DNA from: an uncultured Peptostreptococcaceae bacterium
GTDB taxonomy: Bacteria > Bacillota > Clostridia > Peptostreptococcales > BM714
Length of the DNA: 64,000 nt
Direction of reading: 5' to 3'
NCBI GenBank assembly: GCA_964617505.1
Contig: CAZTZB010000003.1
Location: 7,968-71,967, forward strand
The notes below the pieces were generated by a model that did no database searches, was not told the DNA's origin, and was given only the letters and a program-made list of their open reading frames with translations. Shown in pieces: positions 48,222 through 57,203 of this stretch. Both the position numbers and the translations under genes were made by a program. The first letter of the stretch is position 1. Every line of letters begins with the position of its first letter.

Positions 48222-49238
48222 ATGAAAAAGAAAATTGCGATTTTGGGTTCCGGAAGTTGGGGGACGGCGATTGCAATAACTTTAAATGGCAAAGGACATG
48301 AGGTTGTTGTATGGGATAGGTGCTTGGAACACATAGAGCAAATAAAAAAAACCAGGGAAAATAAATTTTCCCTGCCAGGCATAAAAATAGACGAAGAAAT
48401 TATTTTTACCGATAATATAGAAAAATGCTTACAGACTGCTGAAATTGTCATTTTGGCTGTTGCATCCCAGGGTTTAAGAAGCACACTTGAAAGAATTAAA
48501 CCGGAATGGATGGGAAACAAAATCATTGTTAATGTTTCAAAGGGAATTGAAATAGGGACATTAAAGAGAATGTCAGAGGTAGTTGGCGAGTTTTTTCCAG
48601 AAAATCCTTTTGCTGCGCTTAGCGGCCCTTCCCATGCAGAAGAGGTTTCAAGAGGAATGCCGACAACACTGGTGGCTGCGTCTGAAAACTTGGAATTGGC
48701 GGAATTGATTCAGGATCTTTTTATAACCGAGAGACTTAGAGTTTATACCAATACAGATGTTTGCGGAGTTGAGATTGGAGCATCGTTAAAAAATGTTATC
48801 GCACTTGGAGCGGGTATAAGTGATGGAATGGGATATGGAGACAACGCAAAAGCCGCTTTAATGACTAGAGGCATAGTTGAAATTGCCCGTTTGGGACAAG
48901 CTATGAATGCGAATGTCAATACATTCACTGGGCTTACTGGAATAGGAGATTTGATTGTAACATGCACCAGTATGCACAGTCGAAACAGGAGATGCGGCAT
49001 ATTGTTGGGTGAGGGCATGAAAATGGATGATGCTGTAAAGCAAATTGGGATGGTTGTAGAGGGAATATACACAACGAAATCTGCTTTTGAATTGGCTAAA
49101 AAATATTCGGTTAATATGCCTATAGTTGATGAACTTTATAGGGTCCTTTACGAAGATCATGATGTAAAAGAATCGGTAAACAATCTTATGACACGATTGA
49201 AAAGACATGAGATGGAGTCGACTATGAAAATCAATTGA
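48222..49238 (+). CDS. gpsA: NAD(P)H-dependent glycerol-3-phosphate dehydrogenase
   Basis: It has GSGSWGTA, SKGIE, GPSHAEEV and LKNV.A.G.G. Confidence 0.95.
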   Translation: MKKKIAILGSGSWGTAIAITLNGKGHEVVVWDRCLEHIEQIKKTRENKFSLPGIKIDEEIIFTDNIEKCLQTAEIVILAVASQGLRSTLERIKPEWMGNKIIVNVSKGIEIGTLKRMSEVVGEFFPENPFAALSGPSHAEEVSRGMPTTLVAASENLELAELIQDLFITERLRVYTNTDVCGVEIGASLKNVIALGAGISDGMGYGDNAKAALMTRGIVEIARLGQAMNANVNTFTGLTGIGDLIVTCTSMHSRNRRCGILLGEGMKMDDAVKQIGMVVEGIYTTKSAFELAKKYSVNMPIVDELYRVLYEDHDVKESVNNLMTRLKRHEMESTMKIN

Positions 49239-49258
49239 TAATTAACTAACAAACTATA

Positions 49259-49287
49259 TTGAAAGTTGCAGATTTTTATGCCATAAT
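49259..49287 (+). promoter_or_regulatory. sigma-A type promoter for the 126-aa ORF
   Basis: TTGAAA (49259-49264), a 17-nt spacer, then CATAAT (49282-49287). Confidence 0.5.
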
Positions 49288-49323
49288 TGTGTTGTAAGAA
49301 TCTATTGTAGAGAAGGGATGTAA

Positions 49324-49704
49324 ATGAAGGCGCTTGAATATACGTTGGGAATGGCAGTTTTGTTGCTAATTGTTTGTGTTGTGGGATATTTTGCATGTTT
49401 GATTGATGAAAAGCGACATGCCTTTCGCAATAAAATAATTATAAAGAGCCAAATACTAACAGATAGCTATTTGAAAAGGCTTGATATGAAATGCTTTAAA
49501 TTGGGCAAGATGCGGCTTTCGATTGGCGATGAAATAAAACTTAGGATTGTAGAGTCAAACAAGACATACAGAGGAAAAGTTTTGGGTATAAAAAAACATA
49601 AAGAAAAACTTTGTCTCTTAACAGATGACGACAACATAATGGAATTTAGAGTTATACATATAAAAAAATTAAAAATCGTATCGAGATATGGTAAAATTAT
49701 ATAA
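49324..49704 (+). CDS. hypothetical membrane-anchored protein (126 aa)
   Basis: It has its own promoter-like element, an SD (AGAAGGGA) and a terminator. It has an N-terminal TM helix, then a basic beta-rich domain. I do not recognise the family. Confidence 0.5.
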   Translation: MKALEYTLGMAVLLLIVCVVGYFACLIDEKRHAFRNKIIIKSQILTDSYLKRLDMKCFKLGKMRLSIGDEIKLRIVESNKTYRGKVLGIKKHKEKLCLLTDDDNIMEFRVIHIKKLKIVSRYGKII

Positions 49705-49733
49705 GGCTACTTAGTAGCCTTATACTTGTTTTA
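49701..49733 (+). terminator. rho-independent terminator after the 126-aa ORF
   Basis: Hairpin ataaggctac-tta-gtagccttat followed by a T-rich tail. Confidence 0.65.
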
Positions 49734-49745
49734 TAGGGGACTGCC

Positions 49746-50903
49746 ATGAGAAAAATCAAAAGAAGTAACCAAGTATTTGAATATGGCATTTTCCTGATAA
49801 TAATATTATTCTTCTCCTATAATATATTGGGGTTTTTCAGCAGTTTCGGAAGCGCAGAAGAACCGTATATCGTAGAATACGGAAGTATAGTGCAGGAAAA
49901 TGAGTATGATTGCCTTATACTGAGAGATGAGATTTTAGTTTTTTCCGAAAAATCAGGAGAGGTAAATTACCAGGTGAACGAAGGCGACAAGGTAAGAAAA
50001 GGATATAAGCTCTATGAAATCGGATCGGCAGAGGGTAATGAAAGCAGTGAGGGATATAAGCCCTTCCTTGACGTAAAGACGGTGGGAGAATATATTAGAG
50101 TTTCATACGATACGCTTGATGTACAGAAACAGGTGCAAGATATACGGCGTTTATCGGCAAACGGAATGTATGAAGGTATAGCTCTTATAGAACATGCAAT
50201 TGATGAAAAAATCATGCAAACGGAAAAAAAAGATTTTTCAGAGGAAGCCGTAGAACGCTACAGAGGCACTTATTCGCCGATGTCTGGAATTATTTCCTTC
50301 AATCTTGATGGATACGAACAAATCTTGAATAGGGAAAGCGTGCGAATGCTTGATATGGCAAAGGTTCATGGGGAAAACATTGATTCAAAAAGCATAAAGG
50401 CAAAACAAACAGATACTGAGGGGCCTCTTCTCAAAATTGTTGATAATTCTGTTTGGTATGTATATGTATATACCGACCTCCGAAATATTGATCGTTTCAA
50501 AGAAGGGGCAAGGGTAAAGATTGTTTTTGAAGAAGAGGATGTCGATGCCAGGGTAATTGAAACAAACAGTGAAATAGGAAATTGCTTTGTGATTCTAAGG
50601 ATAAATGAACAGGCAAGTGCTTTGTTTGGAGCGCGAATGACAAGAATGCATATTATAAATAAAAACATTGTGGGTTTGATAGTGCCGGCTAATTCGCTTG
50701 TTTATCAAGAAGATGAAATAGGAGTATTGATAAAAGACCTTAATGGCAAGGCTGTTTTTAAACCGGTAGGAGTCAAGGGAGAGAATAGTGAATGGGCGGT
50801 TGTAAGTGATGGTGTATTTTATAGGAAGGATGAAGAGGGGAATGAGGAGTCTGTAGACACAGTTAAAGTTTATGATGAAATCATTGTTGACATTAGCGAA
50901 TAG
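49746..50903 (+). CDS. hypothetical membrane-anchored protein with a HlyD/biotinyl-lipoyl-like motif (385 aa)
   Basis: It has an N-terminal TM helix. The segment VNEGDKVRKGYKLYEI resembles the barrel-sandwich hybrid motif of HlyD-family adaptors. It lies directly upstream of yggS. Confidence 0.45.
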   Translation: MRKIKRSNQVFEYGIFLIIILFFSYNILGFFSSFGSAEEPYIVEYGSIVQENEYDCLILRDEILVFSEKSGEVNYQVNEGDKVRKGYKLYEIGSAEGNESSEGYKPFLDVKTVGEYIRVSYDTLDVQKQVQDIRRLSANGMYEGIALIEHAIDEKIMQTEKKDFSEEAVERYRGTYSPMSGIISFNLDGYEQILNRESVRMLDMAKVHGENIDSKSIKAKQTDTEGPLLKIVDNSVWYVYVYTDLRNIDRFKEGARVKIVFEEEDVDARVIETNSEIGNCFVILRINEQASALFGARMTRMHIINKNIVGLIVPANSLVYQEDEIGVLIKDLNGKAVFKPVGVKGENSEWAVVSDGVFYRKDEEGNEESVDTVKVYDEIIVDISE

Positions 50904-50912
50904 GAGGGTGAT

Positions 50913-51605
50913 ATGGGGATAGAGAAAAATCTGTATGAAATAGAAAAGAATATTGCCGATGTTTGCCAAAGAAAAAATATCGCGAGATCCGAAATACAAC
51001 TGCTTGCTGTGACAAAAACTATTGGGGTTGAAAGGATTAGTCAAGCAATAAGCCTTGGAATCTCTGTTCTTGGTGAAAACAAAGTTCAGGAAATAATGGA
51101 CAAGTATGATAAAATCGACAAGAGCGCCCAGTGGCATATGATTGGACACCTTCAAACAAACAAGGTGAAATATATAATTGACAAGGTGAAAATGATTCAT
51201 TCAGTTGATAGTATCAAACTTGCGAGAGAAATCAATAAAAGGGCCGAGCAAGCGAGCGTAACTATGGATTGCTTGATTCAAATCAATATTGGTAATGAAG
51301 AAAGCAAATACGGAATAGATTACAATGATACCGAATCCTTTCTTTATGAAGCCGGTAGTTTGAAGAACCTTAGAATTTGCGGGTTGATGGCAATTGCTCC
51401 GCATTTTGACAACAAGGAAAAAGTTAGACCCTACTTCAAGAAGATGAACGATTTGTTTGAAAAAATGAAAAGAGAAGGGCACAAAGAACAAATGGTCTAC
51501 CTGTCAATGGGAATGACTCACGATTATCTTACAGCAATTGAAGAAGGCGCAAATATAGTCAGAATAGGCACAGGTATTTTCGGTGAAAGAAATTACTCAA
51601 AATAG
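50913..51605 (+). CDS. yggS: PLP-binding protein YggS/YlmE
   Basis: It has LLAVTKT (the PLP lysine), HMIGHLQTNK and SMGMT.D...AI..G...VRIG..IFG. Confidence 0.9.
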   Translation: MGIEKNLYEIEKNIADVCQRKNIARSEIQLLAVTKTIGVERISQAISLGISVLGENKVQEIMDKYDKIDKSAQWHMIGHLQTNKVKYIIDKVKMIHSVDSIKLAREINKRAEQASVTMDCLIQINIGNEESKYGIDYNDTESFLYEAGSLKNLRICGLMAIAPHFDNKEKVRPYFKKMNDLFEKMKREGHKEQMVYLSMGMTHDYLTAIEEGANIVRIGTGIFGERNYSK

Positions 51606-51616
51606 GAGGAGATAAA

Positions 51617-52060
51617 ATGAGCGTAATCGATAAAATCAAGTTTTTCATGGGGATTGACGACATTGAAGATGATGAAGAGGATGAGATGGAAGAGGATGAA
51701 ATTTTTTCAGAACAAAAGCTTGAGCAATCAGACAACACGATAAGGGGAAATAAGATTTTGAACATACATACAAACCAGCAGATGCGTGTAATTGTTCATG
51801 AACCCAAAGATTTCGAAGAGGTTCCGGGAATAGTGGATAATTTAAAAAACAACAAGCCGGTTGTAATCAATTTGGAAGAGCTTGAGTATGAATTGGCAAA
51901 AAAAATATTCGATTTCCTTAACGGAGCAGTATATGCTTTAGAAGGAAAGATACAAAAAATTTCGAAGGGCATTTTTATCATTGCTCCAAAAAATGTAGAG
52001 ATACAAGGAGACTTTAAAAAAGATACAGAGGAAAAAGGAATTTTCCCTTGGCAAAAGTAG
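51617..52060 (+). CDS. sepF: cell division protein SepF
   Basis: It has an acidic N-terminal linker. The conserved C-terminal domain (PVVINLEEL...DFLNGAVYALEGKIQKIS..IF) is present. Confidence 0.9.
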   Translation: MSVIDKIKFFMGIDDIEDDEEDEMEEDEIFSEQKLEQSDNTIRGNKILNIHTNQQMRVIVHEPKDFEEVPGIVDNLKNNKPVVINLEELEYELAKKIFDFLNGAVYALEGKIQKISKGIFIIAPKNVEIQGDFKKDTEEKGIFPWQK

Positions 52061-52078
52061 AATACGATGGAGGAACAT

Positions 52079-52342
52079 ATGTGGATTATAAAAGAATCGA
52101 TTTATAAATTTGTAGAAGTAGTGAATTTTCTTATTATTGCAAGGATTATAATGTCTTGGTTTGCGAGGGATTATTCCAACCCGATTTTTAAAATGCTATA
52201 TAATGTGACAGAGCCGATTCTGGCGCCTTTTAGGAATCTTTTATTCAAGATGGGCATTGGAGGAGGAACCATTGATTTTTCGCCCATTTTTGCAATCCTG
52301 ACGCTTGACGTGGTAAGCCGCTTGCTTATAAGCATACTCTAA
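52079..52342 (+). CDS. yggT: YggT family membrane protein (YlmG)
   Basis: It is a small two-TM protein with ARIIMSW and PILAPFR. ATG 52079 follows a GGAGGA SD; the track start is 52067. Confidence 0.85.
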   Translation: MWIIKESIYKFVEVVNFLIIARIIMSWFARDYSNPIFKMLYNVTEPILAPFRNLLFKMGIGGGTIDFSPIFAILTLDVVSRLLISIL

Positions 52343-52343
52343 G

Positions 52344-53150
52344 ATGCCAAGTAAAAAAGAAATTGAATCCTTCTTGAATAGGCAAAGCCATCTGCGTCAT
52401 ACTAAAGATGATACTTTCGAGATTTTGAAAGTCCTTTCAGCATACGAATCAATTGCTAGAGGTCGCAGCATTGATATGAGCGGAATCATTGGAAGAGGCC
52501 AATACAATCTGATCCAAGAGCTGATTCTTTCATTGGGTGGAAATGATGTGAACATTAGATTTGAGGGAGGATATCCTGATTCCGAAAGAGGAAGGATGGT
52601 TTTCTTAGATTCGGCAAAGGCATCGGATGAAGAGTGGGGGCTGATAGTCCTTGAATTGCGAATGAGCGATACTGTGGGGCATAGGGATGTATTGGGAGCC
52701 ATGCTTTCGCTTGGAGTGCAAAGATCCCTTATTGGCGATATAGGCATAAGAGGGTCAACCGTTTATGTTGTTGTGTCAGAGGATATGGCGGATTTCATAG
52801 TGATGAATATAAGCAGGATTGGAAAGGCAAAGGTTGAATCGATTTTTTCGCGATTCTGCGGAGAGGTTGATTTCCCAAAGAGCTTGATAAAAGAAATTGA
52901 AATAATTGCGGCATCCATGAGGGTTGATTTGATTTTATCAAAGATATTCCGGCAAAGCAGGAAGGATGTCAAAAATGATATTGAAAAGGGTAAAGTCAAG
53001 CTGAATGATTTCATTTTGGACACTGCTAATCATTCTTTGAAGGAATCTGACCTGGTATCGTACAGAAAGCATGGTAAAATTCTAATAGGCAAAATGAAGG
53101 GCACGACCAAAAAGGGAAACATAGTTGTTGAAATAAAAAAATATGTATGA
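52344..53150 (+). CDS. ylmH: YlmH-like RNA-binding protein (S4 domain)
   Basis: It has a C-terminal S4 domain (MRVDLILSKIFRQSRKDVKNDIEKGKVKLN). It occupies the conserved slot between yggT and divIVA. Confidence 0.8.
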   Translation: MPSKKEIESFLNRQSHLRHTKDDTFEILKVLSAYESIARGRSIDMSGIIGRGQYNLIQELILSLGGNDVNIRFEGGYPDSERGRMVFLDSAKASDEEWGLIVLELRMSDTVGHRDVLGAMLSLGVQRSLIGDIGIRGSTVYVVVSEDMADFIVMNISRIGKAKVESIFSRFCGEVDFPKSLIKEIEIIAASMRVDLILSKIFRQSRKDVKNDIEKGKVKLNDFILDTANHSLKESDLVSYRKHGKILIGKMKGTTKKGNIVVEIKKYV

Positions 53151-53163
53151 CAGGGGTGGGGAA

Positions 53164-53625
53164 ATGATTAATCCATTGGAAATACAAGCCGTTGAATTTG
53201 GAAAAGCAATGAGAGGTTATCAGACAAGAGAAGTTGATAAATTCATTGATGATGTTTTCAAGGACTATGAAATGATATACAAAGAGAATAAGGACCATAA
53301 GGAGCGAATCAGATTGCTCGAAGAGCAGTTGGAAACCTACAAGAGCATGGAAAAAACATTGAATGACACATTGATATTGGCTAGCGAAACGGCGGAAACT
53401 TTAAAGTACAATTCCGTCAAGGAAGCCGAATTCATCAATAGCAAAGCTGAAGAAGAGGCAAAAAGAATAATAGAGAAGGCAAATGGAGAAGTAATGCGTA
53501 TAAAGGGAGAATTCGACGAGTCTAAGAAGCAGGTTATGATTTTCAACGAAAGATATAAAAACCTTTTAAAGTCGCAGATAGAGTTATTGAACAGGTCAAT
53601 GGATGACATATCCGGGGGACTTTAA
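53164..53625 (+). CDS. divIVA: DivIVA domain protein
   Basis: The N-terminus is MINPLEIQAVEFGKAMRGYQTREVDKFIDDV, followed by a coiled coil. ATG 53164 follows a GGGGTGGGG SD. Confidence 0.9.
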   Translation: MINPLEIQAVEFGKAMRGYQTREVDKFIDDVFKDYEMIYKENKDHKERIRLLEEQLETYKSMEKTLNDTLILASETAETLKYNSVKEAEFINSKAEEEAKRIIEKANGEVMRIKGEFDESKKQVMIFNERYKNLLKSQIELLNRSMDDISGGL

Positions 53626-53643
53626 TGTTGGATTATCAGGACT

Positions 53644-53674
53644 AAACAACCCTCCCTATGGTGGGTTGTTTTTA
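53644..53674 (+). terminator. rho-independent terminator after divIVA
   Basis: Hairpin aacaaccctcc-ctat-ggtgggttgtt followed by ttt. Confidence 0.7.
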
Positions 53675-53697
53675 AAAAAGCGGGAGGAAAATTTGAA

Positions 53698-54393
53698 ATG
53701 AAGATGGGTATTATTGGAGCCATGGTGGAAGAAATTGAGTGCATCATGGAGGCTATGAAAATTGATGAGAAGGTAAGCTATGCAGGCATGGTTTTTCACA
53801 TCGGCACTTTGCATAATACAGAGCTTGTACTTGTAATGAGCGGTATAGGGAAAGTCAATGCTGCCCTTTGTACGCAGATACTTATAACAAAATTTCAGGT
53901 TGAATCCATAATCAATACAGGGCTGGCGGGTGCACTGGACAAATCCTTAGAGATAGGCGATATTGTTGTATCAAATGAATTGCTTGAGCATGATATGGAC
54001 GCGTCGGGCTTTGGATATGAATTAGGGGTTATTCCCAGAATGGACAAATCGATTTTTCTTGCCGATTCAAAGCTTATCGAATTAGCTGCGGGAGTGATTA
54101 AAGAAAAAAAGAGGGTGCATGTTGGAAGAATCCTTTCAGGCGATGTTTTTGTTGCAGATGCAAAAAAACGGATATATTTAAATGAAACCTTTGGCGGTGT
54201 ATGTGCGGAAATGGAGGGTGCAGCCATTGCTCATGTTTGTCATGTAAACAAAAAACCTTTTGTAATAATAAGAACAATTTCAGACAATGCGGACAATTCG
54301 GCAACAGAAAATTTTAGCGAATTTGTCAAAGATCATTCCCACGAATCGAGCCGAGTTGTTATTGAACTAATAAAAAGAATAGAAATGGTGTAA
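53698..54393 (+). CDS. mtnN: 5'-methylthioadenosine/S-adenosylhomocysteine nucleosidase
   Basis: It has IIGAM.EE, SGIGKVNAA, EMEGAAIA and IRTISD.AD. Confidence 0.9.
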   Translation: MKMGIIGAMVEEIECIMEAMKIDEKVSYAGMVFHIGTLHNTELVLVMSGIGKVNAALCTQILITKFQVESIINTGLAGALDKSLEIGDIVVSNELLEHDMDASGFGYELGVIPRMDKSIFLADSKLIELAAGVIKEKKRVHVGRILSGDVFVADAKKRIYLNETFGGVCAEMEGAAIAHVCHVNKKPFVIIRTISDNADNSATENFSEFVKDHSHESSRVVIELIKRIEMV

Positions 54394-54394
54394 T

Positions 54395-55312
54395 ATGGAA
54401 ATCATTAGGATGCTTGTTAAGGAGAACGGAGAAGAGTGCAGGTTGGATTCTTATCTCAATGAAAACTTGGAAGAATTTTCGAGAAGCTATATTCAAAAAT
54501 TGATTTCAGAGGGAAATGTAATACAAAATGGTGAAAAAATACTTAAGAAGAATCATAGGTTAAAGGCTGGGGCCCTATTGGAACTTGCAATTCCTGAGCC
54601 CGAGAAATTGCAGGTGGAAGCAGAAGATATACCACTTGATATTGTTTATGAAGATGAATGGCTTCTTGTAATCAACAAGAGTAAAGGAATGGTCGTTCAT
54701 CCCGCACCGGGAAATTACAATGGAACAATTGTAAATGCATTGTTATATCACTCAGATACATTGTCTTCAATAAACGGTGTAATCAGGCCTGGAATAGTGC
54801 ATAGGATAGACAAGGACACTACGGGTCTTTTGCTTGTAGCAAAAAATGACATGGTGCATAGAAATCTTGCGAATCAATTGAAGGAGCATGGTATATCTAG
54901 AATTTATTATGCCTTAGTTGAAGGAAAGGTAAGTGAAAAATCAGGAACCATCGATGCGCCAATAGGTAGGGATCCGTCAAATCGACTAAAGATGGCTGTT
55001 GTAGAAAACGGCAAACCGTCTATTACCCATTTTGAAGTATTGAGAAGATTTAGAGGTGCAACGCTTCTAAAATGCAAACTGGAAACGGGAAGAACACATC
55101 AGATAAGGGTACATATGGCGTATATAGGACATCCGATTATTGGAGATAGGTCTTATGGATACAAAAAACAGAAATATGCATTTGAAAGGCAGGCATTGCA
55201 TGCGAAGAGTCTAACATTCTTCCACCCTGTAGAAAAAAAAGTTGTGACTTTCACATGTCCTATGGCAGAGGATATGAAAGAGCTTATAAAAAAGATGAAG
55301 GCGGGGGATTAA
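54395..55312 (+). CDS. rluD: 23S rRNA pseudouridine synthase, RluD subfamily
   Basis: It has an N-terminal S4 domain, the catalytic motif HRIDKDTTGLLLVAKN and GRTHQIRVH. Confidence 0.9.
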   Translation: MEIIRMLVKENGEECRLDSYLNENLEEFSRSYIQKLISEGNVIQNGEKILKKNHRLKAGALLELAIPEPEKLQVEAEDIPLDIVYEDEWLLVINKSKGMVVHPAPGNYNGTIVNALLYHSDTLSSINGVIRPGIVHRIDKDTTGLLLVAKNDMVHRNLANQLKEHGISRIYYALVEGKVSEKSGTIDAPIGRDPSNRLKMAVVENGKPSITHFEVLRRFRGATLLKCKLETGRTHQIRVHMAYIGHPIIGDRSYGYKKQKYAFERQALHAKSLTFFHPVEKKVVTFTCPMAEDMKELIKKMKAGD

Positions 55313-57084
55313 TCCTGAGCCTTCATCTTTTTTATTTCATTTTCTTTAGGGGTGACATAAATGGACTTATGATGCGTGAATGTCACAAGGCCGGGGGCGG
55401 CTCCCTTTAATTTCTTTACATTGCGAATCTCTGTGTAGTCTACGGGAACATTGGACGAAATACGGGCTTTGCTGAAATAGGCTGCTATATTTGCTGCATC
55501 AACAAAGTCTTCTTCCTGTAGTGAGCCGTCATTTATAAGTACAACATGGGAACCCGGCATGTTCTTAGCGTGAAACCAAAAATCATCCGATTTTGATTTT
55601 TTAAAAGTGACAAGTTCGTTTTGAGTGCTGTTTTTTCCAGCAATAATATTTTTACCATTTCTAGTAATGAAGGACATGTGTGTCTTGTTAAACTTGTCTA
55701 CGACTTTTCCTTTGGAAGTTTTTTTCTCTTGAATGAAATGTTTGCTCAAATAACCTTCCTTTGAAAGTTCATCGCGTATTGCTCTTATGTTTTCAATCTC
55801 ATAAGAATTTTCGAGATTTACAAGAACATTTTCCAAATACTCGATTTCGTTTTTTGTGATAAGTATCTGTTTGTGCACCTGTAATTTTGCGTTCTTGTAT
55901 TTATTGTATTTTTTAAAATACTTTTGCGCGTTTTTTGACGGACTTTGCCTTTTATCAAGAGATATTTCAATGGGCTTATAGTCTTCGTAGAAATTTTCCA
56001 ATTCAATAGACTCCATTCCTTGCTTTATTCTATGGATGTTGGCAAGCAGTATATCCCCATAAATCTTGTATTTTTCATAATCAAGTGATTGTGTATATTC
56101 TTCATGTAGCTTCTGAAGCTTGCTGCTCGAATGAGACAGTTTTGATTTAACGAGTTTGGTTAAATTTGAGGATGTGGATTTAAGGGCCATGCTATTGTTT
56201 TTATCAATATAATATCTGTCTATTGCTTGAGACATTGAATCGAAGGTTTCGCGTTCGTACAATTTATTGGGATATACCTCAAGATTACTTGCATGAAAGT
56301 CTTTTGGAAAGTTTTTTTCCATAAAAACAGTAGGTTTTACTATACCGCTATCAATTGATTTTCCAAAGGAAGAAATTGTATTCCATAGTTTAGCAGAGTC
56401 ATCCACATTAAAGATGGACGTATCTGATTGAGGATCAATCCCGGACTGTGAGCAGAACTCCTTTGCCAATATTGGACTAATTCCTTTGAAATTAGAATAA
56501 ATCATCTTAAAAATTTGTGTGTTATTGGAGAGAATGGCTTTATGAAAATCCTCTAGAGCACACTCTTCAAAATTGATTTTACCTTGATCAGGCGGCAAGG
56601 CATATGCAAGCCCGGGAAGGACTTGACGTTGACGGCTTATGGCAGATGGAATCCGTTTGATGCTGTCGATTATTATTCCTTCCGAATTGACAAGAATGAT
56701 GTTGCTATGTTTTCCCATAAGCTCAACTACAAGGCGTTTGCTTTCGGCAAATTTTAATTCGTCTCGTGTATTGAAATCGAAAAAGAGTATCCTGTCGTTG
56801 TCGTGCTGAGCGACTGCGTTCAATATTCCTCCTAGAAGATGCTTTCTGAGTACCATACAGAATAGAGGAGGAAGACTTGGATTTGTTTTATCCATGTCGG
56901 TTATTGCTGCATAGGGCAGACTAGAATTAGCTGAAATTAACAGCTTATGGGTTTCACGGCCTTTTTTAAATCTGAGCATTATTTGGGATTTGTTGGGTTG
57001 GTATATTTTATCGATTCTGCTTTCACGCAGAATCGTATTCAACTCGCATTTAAGAGAGCGCGTTACGTATCCGTCAAATGGCAT
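55309..57084 (-). CDS. rqcH: ribosome quality control factor RqcH (NFACT / FbpA family)
   Basis: It has the NFACT-N start MPFDGYVT, a coiled-coil middle and a DUF814/NFACT-R C-terminus (WFHAKNMPGSHVV). Confidence 0.85.
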   Translation of the reverse strand: MPFDGYVTRSLKCELNTILRESRIDKIYQPNKSQIMLRFKKGRETHKLLISANSSLPYAAITDMDKTNPSLPPLFCMVLRKHLLGGILNAVAQHDNDRILFFDFNTRDELKFAESKRLVVELMGKHSNIILVNSEGIIIDSIKRIPSAISRQRQVLPGLAYALPPDQGKINFEECALEDFHKAILSNNTQIFKMIYSNFKGISPILAKEFCSQSGIDPQSDTSIFNVDDSAKLWNTISSFGKSIDSGIVKPTVFMEKNFPKDFHASNLEVYPNKLYERETFDSMSQAIDRYYIDKNNSMALKSTSSNLTKLVKSKLSHSSSKLQKLHEEYTQSLDYEKYKIYGDILLANIHRIKQGMESIELENFYEDYKPIEISLDKRQSPSKNAQKYFKKYNKYKNAKLQVHKQILITKNEIEYLENVLVNLENSYEIENIRAIRDELSKEGYLSKHFIQEKKTSKGKVVDKFNKTHMSFITRNGKNIIAGKNSTQNELVTFKKSKSDDFWFHAKNMPGSHVVLINDGSLQEEDFVDAANIAAYFSKARISSNVPVDYTEIRNVKKLKGAAPGLVTFTHHKSIYVTPKENEIKKMKAQD

Positions 57085-57203
57085 AAAATCACCCTTTCAT
57101 TTTGATATGGTCAAGTATATCATTTTTAACGACGAAAACATATTTGGTAATTTTTTCGCTAAAATTTGCTATAATATAGAAAAGGACATAGGGAGAGTGA
57201 AAA

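Noticed and set aside
50595-51200. A 201-aa minus-strand ORF antisense to the HlyD-like ORF and yggS.
   Set aside because: It crosses a gene boundary on the opposite strand, has no SD, and has the Phe/Ile/Asn-rich composition typical of a non-coding frame.
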